Shown here piece after piece: positions 16,401-31,300 of a stretch of 64,000 nt of DNA. How positions within the stretch are numbered: position 1 is the stretch's first letter; each line of letters opens with the position of its first letter. A program made the position numbers and the translations under genes. The notes below the pieces were generated by a model. It made no database searches and had not been told where the DNA came from. It saw only the letters and a program-made list of their open reading frames with translations. Source of the DNA: the human T2T-CHM13v2.0 reference genome, Homo sapiens; the NCBI RefSeq assembly GCF_009914755.1, contig NC_060937.1; one strand, given 5' to 3'.

Positions 16401-19400
16401 TCTGTACATAAGATATCAAAGTACACCAGATATATATTCTATAGTGTACATAAAATATCAAAGTACCCAAACTATACATTATATACTGTACATAAAATAT
16501 GAAATTACATCAAATATATATTATATTAGGTACATAAAATATGAAAGTACATCAAATATAGATTATATACTGTACATTAAATACCAAAGTACCCCAAATA
16601 TATATTTTATACTGTACATGTAATATCAAAGTTCACACACTATATATTATATACTGTACATAAAATATCAAAGTACCCAAGGTATATATTCTATACTGTA
16701 CAAAAAATATCAAAGTACCCAAAGCATGTATTATACACTGTACCTAAAATATGAAAGTACATCAAATATATATTTTATTCTGCACATAAAATATCAAAGT
16801 ACACCAGATATATATTCTATAGTGTACATAAAATGTCAAACTACCCAAACTATACATTATATACTGTAAATAAAATATGAAATTACATCAAATATATATT
16901 ATATTAGGTACATAAAATATGAAAGTACATCAAATATAGATTATACACTGTACATAAAATATCAAAGTACCCCAAACTATTCATTATATACTGTACATAA
17001 AATATGAAATTACATCAAATATATATTATATTAGGTACATAAAATATGAAAGTACATCAAATATAGATTATACACTGTACATAAAATATCAAAGTACCCC
17101 AAATATATATTATATACTCTACATGAAATATCAAAGTTCACAAACTATATATTATATACTGTACATAAAATAAAGTCCCCAAGGTATATATTCTATACTG
17201 TAGAAAAAATATCAAAGTACCCAAAGCATGTATTATATACTGTATATAAAATATGAAAGTACATAAATATATATATTTTATTCTGTACATAAAATATCAA
17301 AGTACACCAGATATATATTCTATAGTGTACATAAAATAACAAAGTTCAAAAACTATAAATTATATACTGTACATAAAATATGAAATTACATCAAATATAT
17401 ATTAGGTACATAAAATATGAAAGTACATCAAATATAGATTATATACTGTACATAAAATATCAATGTACCCCAAATATATATTTTATACTCTACATGAAAT
17501 ATCAAAGTTCACAAACCATATATTATATAGTGTACATAAAATATCAAAGTACCCAAGGTATATATTCTATACTATACAAAAAATATCAAAGTACCCAAAG
17601 CATGTATTATATACTGTACCTAAAATATGAAAGTACATCAAATATATATTATATTCTGTACATAAAATATCAAAGTACACCAGATATATATTCTATAGTG
17701 TACATAAAATATCAAAGTACCCAAACTATACATTATATACTGTACATAAAATATGAAATTACATCAAATATATATATTAGGTACATAAAATATGAAAGTA
17801 CATCAAATATAGATTTTATACTGTAGATTAAATACCAAAGTACCCCAAATATATATTTTATACTGTACATGAAATATCAAAGTTCACAAACTATATATTA
17901 TATACTGTACATAAAATATCAAAGTACCCAAGGTATATATTCTATACTGGACAAAAAATATCAAAGTACCCAAAGCATGTATTATATACAGTACATAAAA
18001 TATGAAAGTACATCAAATATATATTTTATTCTGTACATAATATATCAAAGTACACCAGATATATATTCTATAGTGTACATAAAATAACAAAGTACACAAA
18101 CTATAAATTATATACTGTAGATAAAATACGAAATTACATGAAATACATATTAGGTACATAAAATATGAAAGTACATCAAATATAGATTATATACTGTACA
18201 TAAAATATCAATGTACCCCAAATATATATTTTATACTCTACATGAAATATCAAAGTTCACAAACCATATATTGTATACTGTACATAAAATATCAAAGTAC
18301 CCAAGGTATGTATTCTATACTGTACAAAAAATATCAAAGTACCCAAAGCATGTATTATATACTGTACATAAAATATGAAAGTACATCAAATATATATTTT
18401 ATTCTGTACATAAAATATCAAAGTACACCAGATATATATTCTATAGTGTACATAAAATATCAAAGTACCCAAACTATACATTATATACTGTACATAAAAT
18501 ATGAAATTACATCAAATATATATTATATTAGGTGCATAAAATATGAAAGTACATCAAATATAGATTATATACTGTACATAAAATATCAAAGTACCCCAAA
18601 TATATATTATATACTCTACATGAAATATCAAAGTTCACAAACTATATATTATATACTGTACATAAAATAAAGTACCCAAGGTACATATTCTATACTGTAC
18701 AAAAAATATCAAAGTACCCAAAGCATGTATTATATACTGTATATAAAATATGAAAGTACATCAAATATATATTTTATTCTGTACATAAAATATCAAAGTA
18801 CACCAGATATATATTCTATAGTGTACATAAAATAACAAAGTACAAAAACTCTGAATTATATACTGTACATAAAATATGAAATTACATCAAATATATATTA
18901 GGTACATAAAATATGAAAGTACATCAAATATAGATTATATACTGTACATAAAATATCAATGTACCCCAAATATATATTTTATACTCTACATGAAATATCA
19001 AACTTCACAAACCATATATTATATACTGTACATAAAATATTAAAGTACCCAAGATATATATTCTATACTGTACAAAAAATATCAAAGTACCCAAAGCATG
19101 TTTTATATACTGTACATAAAATGTGAAAGTACATCAAATATATATTTTATTCTGTACATAAAATATCAAAGTACACCAGATATATATTCTATAGTGTACA
19201 TAAAATAACAAAGTACCCAAACTATAAATTATATACTGTACATAAAATATGAAATTACATGAAATATATATTAGGTACATAAAATATGAAAGTACATCAA
19301 ATATAGATTATATACTGTACATTAAATACCAAAGTACCCCAAATATATATTTTATACTGTACATGAAATATCAAAGTTCACAAACCATATATTATATACT

Positions 19401-22400
19401 GTACATAAAATATCAAAGTACCCAAGGTATATATTCTATACTGTACAAAAAATATCAAAGTACCCAAAGCATGTTTTATATACTGTACATAAAATGTGAA
19501 AGTACATCAAATATATATTTTATTCTGTACATAAAATATCAAAGTACAACAGATATATATTCTATAGTGTACATAAAATATCAAAGTACCCAAACTATAC
19601 ATTATATACTATACATAAAATATGAAATTACATCAAATATATATTATATTAGGTACATAAAATATGAAAGTACATCAAATATAGATTATATACTGTACAC
19701 TAAATACCAAAGTAACCCAAATATATATTTTATACTGTACATGAAATATCAAAGTTCACAAACTATATATTATATACTGTACATAAAATATCAAAGTACC
19801 CAACGTATATATTCTATACTGTACAAAAAATATCAAAGTACCCAAAGCATGTATTATATACTGTACCTAAAATATGAAAGTACATCAAATATATATTTTA
19901 TTCTGTACATAAAATATCAAAGTACACCTGATATATATTCTATAGTGTACATAAAATATCAAAGTACCCAAACTATACATTATATACTGTACATAAAATA
20001 CGAAATTACACAAATATATATTATATTAGGTACATAAAATATGAAAGTATATCATATATAGATTATATACTGTACATAAAATATCAAAGTACCGCAAATA
20101 TATATTATATACTCTACATGAAATATCAAAGTTCACAAACCATATATTATATACTGTACATAAAATAAAGTACCCAAGGTATATATTCTATACTGTAGAA
20201 AAAATATCAAAGTACCCAATCATGTATTATATACTGTATATAAAATATGAAAGTACATCAAATATATATTTTATTCTGTACATAAAATATCAAAGTACAC
20301 CAGATATATATTCTATAGTGTTCATAAAATAACAAAGTACAAAAACTATAAATTATATACTGTACATAAAATATGAAATTACTTCAAATATATATTAGGT
20401 ACATAATATATGAAAGTACATCAATTATAGATTATATACTGTACATAAAATATCAATGTACCCCAAATATATATTTTATACTCTACATGAAATATCAAAG
20501 ATCACAAACCATATATTATATACTGTATATAAAATATCAAAGTACCCAAGGTATATATTCTATACTATACAAAAAATATCAAAGTACACAAAGCATGTAT
20601 TATATACTGTACATAAAATATGAAAGTACATCAAATATATATTTTATTCTGTACATAAAATATCAAAGTACACCAGATATATATTCTATAGTGTACATAA
20701 AATATCAAAGTACCCAAACTATACATTATATACTGTACATAAAATATGAAATTACATCAAATATATTTTATATTAGGTATATAAAATATGAAAGTACATC
20801 AAATATAGATTATATACTGTACATTAAATACCAAAGTACCCCAAATATATATTTTATACTGTACATGAAATGTCAAAGTTCACAAACTATGTATTATATA
20901 CTGTACATATAATATCAAAGTACCCAAGGTATATATTTTATACTTTACAAAAAATATCAAAGTACCAAAAGCATGTATTACATACTGTACATAAAATATG
21001 AAAGTACATCAAATATATATTTTATTCTGTACATAAGATATCAAAGTACACCAGATATATATTCTATAGTGTACATAAAATATCAAAGTACCCAAACTAT
21101 ACATTATATACTGTACACAAAATATGAAATTACATCAAATATATATTATATTAGGTACATAAAATATGAAAGTACATCAAATATAGATTATATACTGTAC
21201 ATTAAATACCAAAGTACCCCAAATATATATTTTATACTGTACATGTAATATCAAAGTTCACACACTATATATTATATACTGTACATAAAATATCAAAGTA
21301 CCCAAGGTATATATTCTATACTGTACAAAAAATATCAAAGTACCCAAAGCATGTATTATACACTGTACCTAAAATATGAAAGTACATCAAATATATATTT
21401 TATTCTGCACATAAAATATCAAAGTACACCAGATATATATTCTATAGTGTACATAAAATGTCAAAGTACCCAAACTATACATTATATACTGTAAATAAAA
21501 TATGAAATTACATCAAATATATATTATATTAGGTACATAAAATATGAAAGTACATCAAATATAGATTATACACTGTACATAAAATATCAATGTACCCAAA
21601 CTATACATTATATACTGTACATAAAATATGAAATTACATCAAATATATATTATATTAGGTACATAAAATATGAAAGTACATCAAATATAGATTATACACT
21701 GTACATAAAATATCAAAGTACCCCAAATATATATTATATACTCTACATGAAATATCAAAGTTCACAAACTATATATTATATACTGTACATAAAATAAAGT
21801 CCCCAAAGTATATATTCTATACTGTAGAAAAAATATCAAAGTACCCAAAGCATGTATTATATACTGTATATAAAATATGAAAGTACATCAAATATATATT
21901 TTATTCTGTACATAAAATATCAAAGTACACCAGATATATATTCTATAGTGTACATAAAATAACAAAGTTCAAAAACTATAAATTATATACTGTACATAAA
22001 ATATGAAATTACATCAAATATATATTAGGTACATAAAATATGAAAGTACATCAAATATAGATTATATACTGTACATAAAATATCAATGTACCCCAAATAT
22101 ATATTTTATACTCTACATGAAATATCAAAGTTCACAAACCATATATTATATACTGTACATAAAATATCAAAGAACCAAGGTATATATCCTATACTGTACA
22201 AAAAATATCAAAGTACCCAAAGCATGTATTATATATACTGTACCTAAAATATGAAAGTACATCAAATATATATTTTATTCTGTACATAAAATATCAAAGT
22301 ACACCAGATATATATTCTATAGTGTACATAAAATATCAAAGTACCCAAACTATACATTATATACTGTACATAAAATATGAAATTACATCAAATATATTTT

Positions 22401-22800
22401 ATATTAGGTACATAAAATATGAAAGTACATCAAATATAGATTTTATACTGTAGATTAAATACCAAAGTACCCCACATATATATTTTATACTGTACATGAA
22501 ATATCAAAGTTCACAAACTATATATTATATACTGTACATAAAATATCAAAGTACCCAAGGTATATATTCTATACTGTACAAAAAATATCAAAGTACCCAA
22601 AGCATGTATTATATACAGTACATAATATATGAAAGTACATCAAATATATATTTTATTCTGTACATAATATATCAAAGTACACCAGATATATATTCTATAG
22701 TGTACATAAAATAACAAAGTACACAAACTATAAATTATATACTGTACATAAAATATGAAATTACATCAAATACATATTAGGTACATAAAATATGAAAGTA
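13500..22800 (+). repeat. ~4625-bp tandem duplication (2 copies)
   Basis: ORF offsets 14624/19249, 15748/20373, 16348/20973 (4625), 17380/22003 (4623), 17869/22496 (4627). Shared rare variants include acactaaat, aagtaaccc, aaagatcac, cataagatat and catgtaatat. Confidence 0.88.
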
Positions 22801-25800
22801 CATCAAATATAGATTATATACTGTACATAAAATTTCAATGTACCACAAATATATATTTTATACTCTACATGAAATATCAAAGTTCACAAACCATATCTTA
22901 TATACTGTACATAAAATATCAAAGTACCCAAGGAATATATTCTATACTGTACAAAAAATATCAAAGTACCCAAAGCATGTATTATATACTGTACCTAAAA
23001 TATGAAAGTACATCAAATATATATTTTATTCTGTACATAAAATATCAAAGTACACCTGATATATATTCTATAGTGTACATAAAATATCAATGTACCCAAA
23101 CTATACATTATATACTGTACATAAAATATGAAATTACATCAAATATATTTTATATTAGGTACATAAAATATGAAAGTACATCAAATATAGATTATATACT
23201 GTACATTAAATACCAAAGTACCCCAAATATATATTTTATACTGTACATGAAATATCAAAGTTCACACACTATATATTATATACTGTACATAAAATATCAA
23301 AGTACCCAAGGTATATATTCTATACTGTACAAAAAATATCAAAGTACCCAAAGCATGTATTATATTCTGTATATAAAATATGAAAGTACATTAAATATAT
23401 ATTTTATTCTGTACATAAAATATCAAAGTACACCAGATATATATTCTATAGTGTACATAAAATAACAAAGTTCAAAAACTATAAATTATATACTGTACAT
23501 AAAATATGAAATTACATGAAATATATATTAGGTACATAAAATATGAAAGTACATCAAATATAGATTATATACTTTACATATATTATCAATGTACCACAAA
23601 TATGTATTTTAGACTCTACATGAAATATCAAAGTTCACAAACCATATATTATATACTGTACATAAAATATCAAAGTACCCAAGGTATATATTCTATACTG
23701 TACAAAAAATATCAAAGTACCCAAAGCATGTTTTATATACTGTACATAAAATATGAAAGTACATCAAATATATATTTTATTCTGTACATAAAATATCAAA
23801 GTACAACAGATATATATTCTATAGTGTACATAAAATAACAAAGTACCCAAACTATACATTATATACTATACATAAAATATGAAATTACATCAAATATATA
23901 TTATATTAGGTACATAAAATATGAAAGTACATCAAATATAGATTATATACTGTACACTAAATACCAAAGTAACCCAAATATATATTTTATACTGTACATG
24001 AAATATCAAAGTTCACAAACTATATATTATATACTGTACATAAAATATCAAAGTACCCAACGTATATATTCTATACTGTACAAAAAATATCAAAGTACCC
24101 AAAGCATGTATTATATACTGTACCTAAAATATGAAAGTACATCAAATATATATTTTATTCTGTACATAAAATATCAAAGTACACCAGATATATATTCTAT
24201 AGTGTACATAAAATATCAAAGTACCCAAACTATACATTATATACTGTACATAAAATATGAAATTACATCAAATATATATTAGGTACATAAAATATGAAAG
24301 TACATCAAATATAAATTATATAATGTACATAAAATATCAAGGTACCCCAAATATATATTATATACTCTACAGGAAATATCAAAGTTCACACACTATATAT
24401 TATATACTGTACATAAAATATCAAAGTACCCAAGGTATATATTCTATACTGTACAAAAAATATCAAAGTACTCAAAGCATGTATTATATTCTGTATATAA
24501 AATATGAAAATACATCAAATATATATTTTATTCTGTACATAAAACATCAAAGTACACCAGATATATATTCTATAGTGTACATAAAATATCAAAGTACCCA
24601 AACTATACATTATATACTGTACATAAAATATGAAATTACATCAAATATATATTATATTAGGTACATAAAATATGAAAGTACATCAAATATAGATTATATA
24701 CTGTACATAATATATCAAAGTACCCCAAATATATATTATATACTCTACATGAAATATCAAAGTTCACAAACTATATATTCTATACTGCACAAAAAAATCA
24801 AAGTACCCAAAGCATGTATTATATACTGCTTATAAAATATGAAAGTACATCAAATATATATTTTATTCTGTACATAAAATATCAAAGTACACCAGATATA
24901 TATTCTATAGTGTACATAAAATATCAAAGTACCCAAACTATACATTATATACTGTACATAAAATATGAAATTACTTCAAATTTATATTAGGTACATAAAA
25001 TATGAAAGTACATCAAATATAGATTATATACTGTACATTAAATACCAAAGTACCCCAAATGTATATTTTATACTATACATGAAATATCAAAGTTCACAAA
25101 CTATATATTATATACTGTACATAAAATATCAAAGTACCCAAGGTATATATTCTATACTCTACAAAAAATATCAAAGTACCCAAAGCCTGTATTATATACT
25201 GTACATAAAATATGAAAGTACATCAAATATATATTTTATTCTGTACATAAAATATCAAAGTACACCAGATATATATTCTATAGTGTACATAAAATATCAA
25301 AGTACCCAAACTATACATTATATACAGTACATAAAATATGAAATTACATCAAATTTATATTAGGTACATAAAATATGAAAGTACATCAAATATAGATTAT
25401 ATACTGTACATAAAATATCAAAGTACCCCAAATATATATTATATACTCTACATGAAATATCAAAGTTCACAAACTATATATTATATACTGTACATAAAAT
25501 ATCAAAGTACCCAAGGTATGTATTCTATACTGTACAAAAAATATCAAAGTACCAAAAGCATGTATTATATACTGAATATAAAATATGAAAGTACATTAAA
25601 TATATATTTTATTCTGTACATAAAATATCAAAGTACACCAGATATATATTCTATAGTGTACATAAAATAACAAAGTACACAAACTATAAATTATATACTG
25701 TACATAAAATATGAAATTACAACAAATATATATTAGGTACATAAAATATGAAACTAAATCAAATATAGATTATATACTGTACATATAATATCAATGTACC

Positions 25801-26829
25801 CCAAATATATATTTTATACTCTACATCAAATATCAAAGTTCACAATCCATACATTATATACTGTACATAAAATATCAAAGTACCCAAGGTATATATTCTA
25901 TACTGTACAAAAAATATCAAAGTACCAAAAGCATGTATTATATACTGTACCTAAAATATGAAAGTACATCAAATATATATTTTATTCTGTACATAAAATA
26001 TCAAAGTACACCAGATATATATTCTATAGTGTACATAAAATATCAAAGTACCCAAACTATACATTATATACTCTATATAAAATATGAGATTACATCAAAT
26101 ATATATTATATTAGGTACATAAAATATGAAAGTACATCAAATATAGATTATATACTGTACATAAAATATCAAAGTACCCCAAATATATATTATATACTCT
26201 ACAGGAAATATCAAAGTTCACACACTATATATTATATACTGTACATAAAATATCAAAGTACCCAAGGTATATATTCTATACTGTACAAAAAATATCAAAG
26301 TACCTAAAGCATGTATTATATTCTGTATATAAAATATGAAAGTACATCAAATATATATTTTATTCTGTACATAAAATATCAAAGTACACCAGATATATAT
26401 TCTATAGTGTACATAAAATAACAAAGTACACAAACTATAAATTATATACTGTACATAAAATATGAAATTACATCAAATATATATTAGCTACATAAAATAT
26501 GAAAGTACATCAAATATAGATTATATACTGTACAAAAAATATCAAAGTACCCCAAATATATATTATATACTCTACATGCAATATCAAAGTTCACAAACTA
26601 TATATTATATACTGTACATAAAATATCAAAGTACCCAAGGTATATATTCTATACTGTACAAAAAATATCAAAGTACCCATGCATGTATTATATACTGTAT
26701 ATAAAATATGAAAGTACATCAAATATATATTTTATTCTGTACATGAAATATCAAAGTACACCAGATATATATTCTATAGTGTACATAAAATATCAAAGTA
26801 CCCAAACTATACATTATATACTGTACATA

Positions 26830-29800
26830 AAATATGAAATTACATCAAATATATATTAGGTACATAAAATATGAAAGTACATCAAATATAGATTATATAC
26901 TGTACATAAAATATCAATGTACCCCAAATATATATTTTATACTCTACATGAAATATCAAAGTTCACAAACCATATATTATATACTGTACATAAAATATCA
27001 AAGTACCCAAGGTATATATTCTATACTATACAAAAAATATCAAAGTACCCAAAGCATGTATTATATACTGTACATAAAATATGAAAGTACATGAAATATA
27101 TATTTTATTCTGTACATAAAATATCAAAGTACACCAGATATATATTCTATAGTGTACATAAAATATAAAAATACCCAAACTATACATTATATACTGTACA
27201 TAAAATATGAGATTACATCAAATATATATTATATTAGGTACATAAAATATGAAAGTACATCAAATATAGATTATATACTGTACATAAAATATCAAAGTAC
27301 CCCTAATATATATTATATACTCTACATGAAATATCAAAGTTCACAAACTATATATTATATACAGTACATAAAATATCAAAGTACCCAAGGTATATATTCT
27401 ATACTGTACAAAAAATATCAAAGTACCCAAAGCATGTATTTTATACTGTACATAAAATATGAAAGTACATCAAATACATATTTTATTCTGTACGTAAAAT
27501 ATCAAAGTACACCAGATATATATTCTATAGTGTACATAAAATATCAAAGTACCCAAACTATACATTATATACTGTACATAAAATATGAAATTACATCAAA
27601 TATATATTATATTAGGTACATAAAATATGAAAGTACATCAAATATAGATTATATACTGTACATTAAATACCAAAGTACCCCAAATATATATTTTATACTG
27701 TGCATGAAATATTAAAGTTCACACACCATATATTATATACTGTACATAAAATATCAAAGTACCCAACTTATATATTCTATACTGTACAAAAAACATCAAA
27801 GTACCCAAAGCATGTATTATATACTGTACATAAAATATGAAAGTACATCAAATATATCTTTTATTCTGTACATAATATATCAAAGTACACCAGATATATA
27901 TTCTATAGTGTACATAAAATAACAAAGTACAAAAACTATAAATTCTATACTGTACATAAAATATGAAATTACATCAAATATATATTAGGTACATAAAATA
28001 TGAAAGTACATCAAATATAGATTATATACTGTACATAAAATATCAATGTACCCCAAATATATATTTTATGCTCTACATGAAATATCAAAGTTCACAAACC
28101 ATATATTATATACTGTACATAAAATATCAAAGTACCCAAGGTATATATTCTATACTGTACAAAAAATATCAAAGTACCCAAAGCATGTATTATATACTGT
28201 ACATAAAATATGAAAGTACATCAAATATATATTTTATTCTGTATATGAAATATCAAAGTACCCAAAACATGTATTTTAAAGTGTACATAAAATATGAAAG
28301 TACATCAAATATATATTTTATTCTGTACATAAAATATCAAAGTACACCAGATATATATTCTAGAGTGTACATAAAATATCAAAGTACCCAAACTATACAT
28401 TATATACTGTACATAAAATATGAAATTACATCAAATATATATTATATTAGGTCCATAAAATATGAAAGTACATCAAATATAGATTATATACTGTACATAA
28501 AATATCAAAGTACCCCAAATATATATTATACACTCTACATGAAATATCAAAGTTCACAAACTATATATTATATACTGTACATAAAATATCAAAGTACCCA
28601 AGGTATATATTCTATACTGTACAAAAAATATCAAAGTACCCAAAGCATGTATTATGTACTGTATATAAAATATGAAAGTACATCAAATATATATTTTATT
28701 CTGTACATAAAATATCAAAGTACACCAGATATATATTCTATAGTGTACATAAAATAACAAAGTACAAAAACTATAAATTATATACTGTACATAAAATATG
28801 AAATTATATCAAATACATATTAGGTACATAAAATATGAAAGTACATCAAATATAGATTATATACTGTACATAAAATATCAATGTACCCCAAATATATATT
28901 TTATACTCTACATGAAATATCAAAGTTCAGAAACCATATCTTATATACTGTACATAAAATATCAAAGTACTCAAGGTATATATTCTATACTGTACAAAAA
29001 ATATCAAAGTACCCAAAGCATGTATTATATACTGTACATAAAATATGAAAGTACATGAAATATATATTTTATTCTGTACATAAAATATCAAAGTACACCA
29101 GATATATATTCTATAGTGTACATAAAATAACAAAGTACACAAACTATACATTATATACTGTACATAAAATATGAAATTACATCAAATATATATTAGGTAC
29201 ATAAAATATGAAAGTACATCAAATATAGATTATATACTGTACATTAAATATCAATGTACCCCAAATATATATTTTATACTCTACATGAAATATCAAAGTT
29301 CACAAACCATATATTATATACTGTCCATAAAATATCAAAGTACCCAAGGTATATATTCTATACTATACAAAAAATATCAAAGTACCCAAAGCATGTATTA
29401 TATACTGTACCTAAAATATGAAAGTACATCAAATATATATTTTATTCTGTACATAAAATATCAAAGTACACCAGATATATATTCTATAGTGTACATAAAA
29501 TATCAAAGTACCCAAACTATACATTATATACTGTACATAAAATATGAGATTACATCAAATATATATTATATTAGGTACATAAAATATGAAAGTACATCAA
29601 ATATAGATTATATACTGTACATAAAATATCAAAGTACCCCAAATATATATTATATACTCTACATGAAATATCAAAGTTCACAAACTATATATTATATACT
29701 GTACATAAAATATCAAAGTACCCAAGATATATTCTATACTGTACAAAAAATATCAAAGTACCCAAAGCATGTATTATATACTGTACATAAAATATGAAAG

Positions 29801-31300
29801 TACATCAAATATATATTTTATTCTGTACATAAAATATCAAAGTACACCAGATATATATTCTATAGTGTAAATAAAATAACAAAGTACACAACTATACATT
29901 ATATACTGTACATAAAATATGAAATTACATCAAATATATATTAGGTACATAAAATATGAAAGTACATCAAATATAGATTATATACTATACATAAAATATC
30001 AATGTACCCCAAATATATATTTTATACTCTACATGAAATATCAAAGTTCACAAACCATATATTATATACTGTACATAAAATATCAAAGTACCCAAGGTAT
30101 ATATTCTATACTATACAAAAAATATCAAAGTACCCAAAGCATGTATTATATACTGTACATAAAATATGAAATTACATGAAATATATATTTTATTCTGTAC
30201 ATAAAATATCAAAGTACACCAGATATATATTCTATAGTGTACATAAAATATCAAAATACCCAAACTATACATTATATACTGTACATAAAATATGAGATTA
30301 CATCAAATATATATTATATTAGGTACATAAAATATGAAAGTACATCAAATATAGATTATATACTGTACATAAAATATCAAAGTACCCCAAATATATATTA
30401 TATACTCTACATGAAATATCAAAGTTCACAAACTATATATTATATACTGTACATAAAATATCAAAGTACCCAAGGTATATATTCTATACTGTACAAAAAA
30501 TATCAAAGTACCCAAAGCATGTATTATATACTGTACATAAAATATGAAATTACATCAAATATATATTTTATTCTGTACATAAAATATCAAAGTACACCAG
30601 ATATATATTCTATAGTGTACATAAAATATCAAAGTACCCAAACTATACATTATATACTGTACATAAAATATGAAATTACATCAAATATATATTATATTAG
30701 GTACATAAAATATGAAAGTACATCAAATATAGATTATATACTGTACATTAAATACCAAAGTACCCCAAATATATATTTTATACTGTACATGAAATATCAA
30801 AGTTCACACGCTATATATTATATACTGTACATAAAATATCAAAGTACCCAACTTATATATTCTATACTGTACAAAAAACATCAAAGTACCCAAAGCATGT
30901 ATTATATACTGTACATAAAATATGAAAGTACATCAAATATATCTTTTATTCTGTACATAATATATCAAAGTACACCATATATATATTCTATAGTTTACAT
31001 AAAATAACAAAGTACAAAAACTATAAATTATATACTGTACATAAAATATGAAATTACATCAAATACATATTAGGTACATAAAATATGAAAGTACATCAAA
31101 TATAGATTATATACTGTACATAAAATATCAATGTACCCCAAATATATATTTTATACTCTACATGAAATATCAAAGTTCACAAACCATATATTATATACTG
31201 TACATAAAATATCAAAGTACCCAAGGTATATATTCTATACTGTACAAAAAATATCAAAGTACCCAAAGCATGTATTATATACTGTACATAAAATATGAAA
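26830..31300 (+). repeat. Related ~1.4-kb segments 3085 bp apart (26.83-28.2 kb and 29.92-31.3 kb)
   Basis: ORF offsets 26834/29919, 27152/30237, 27963/31048. Shared variants acatgaaatatatat, aaaatacccaaac, acccaacttata, aaaacatcaaag, atatcttttatt. Confidence 0.75.
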
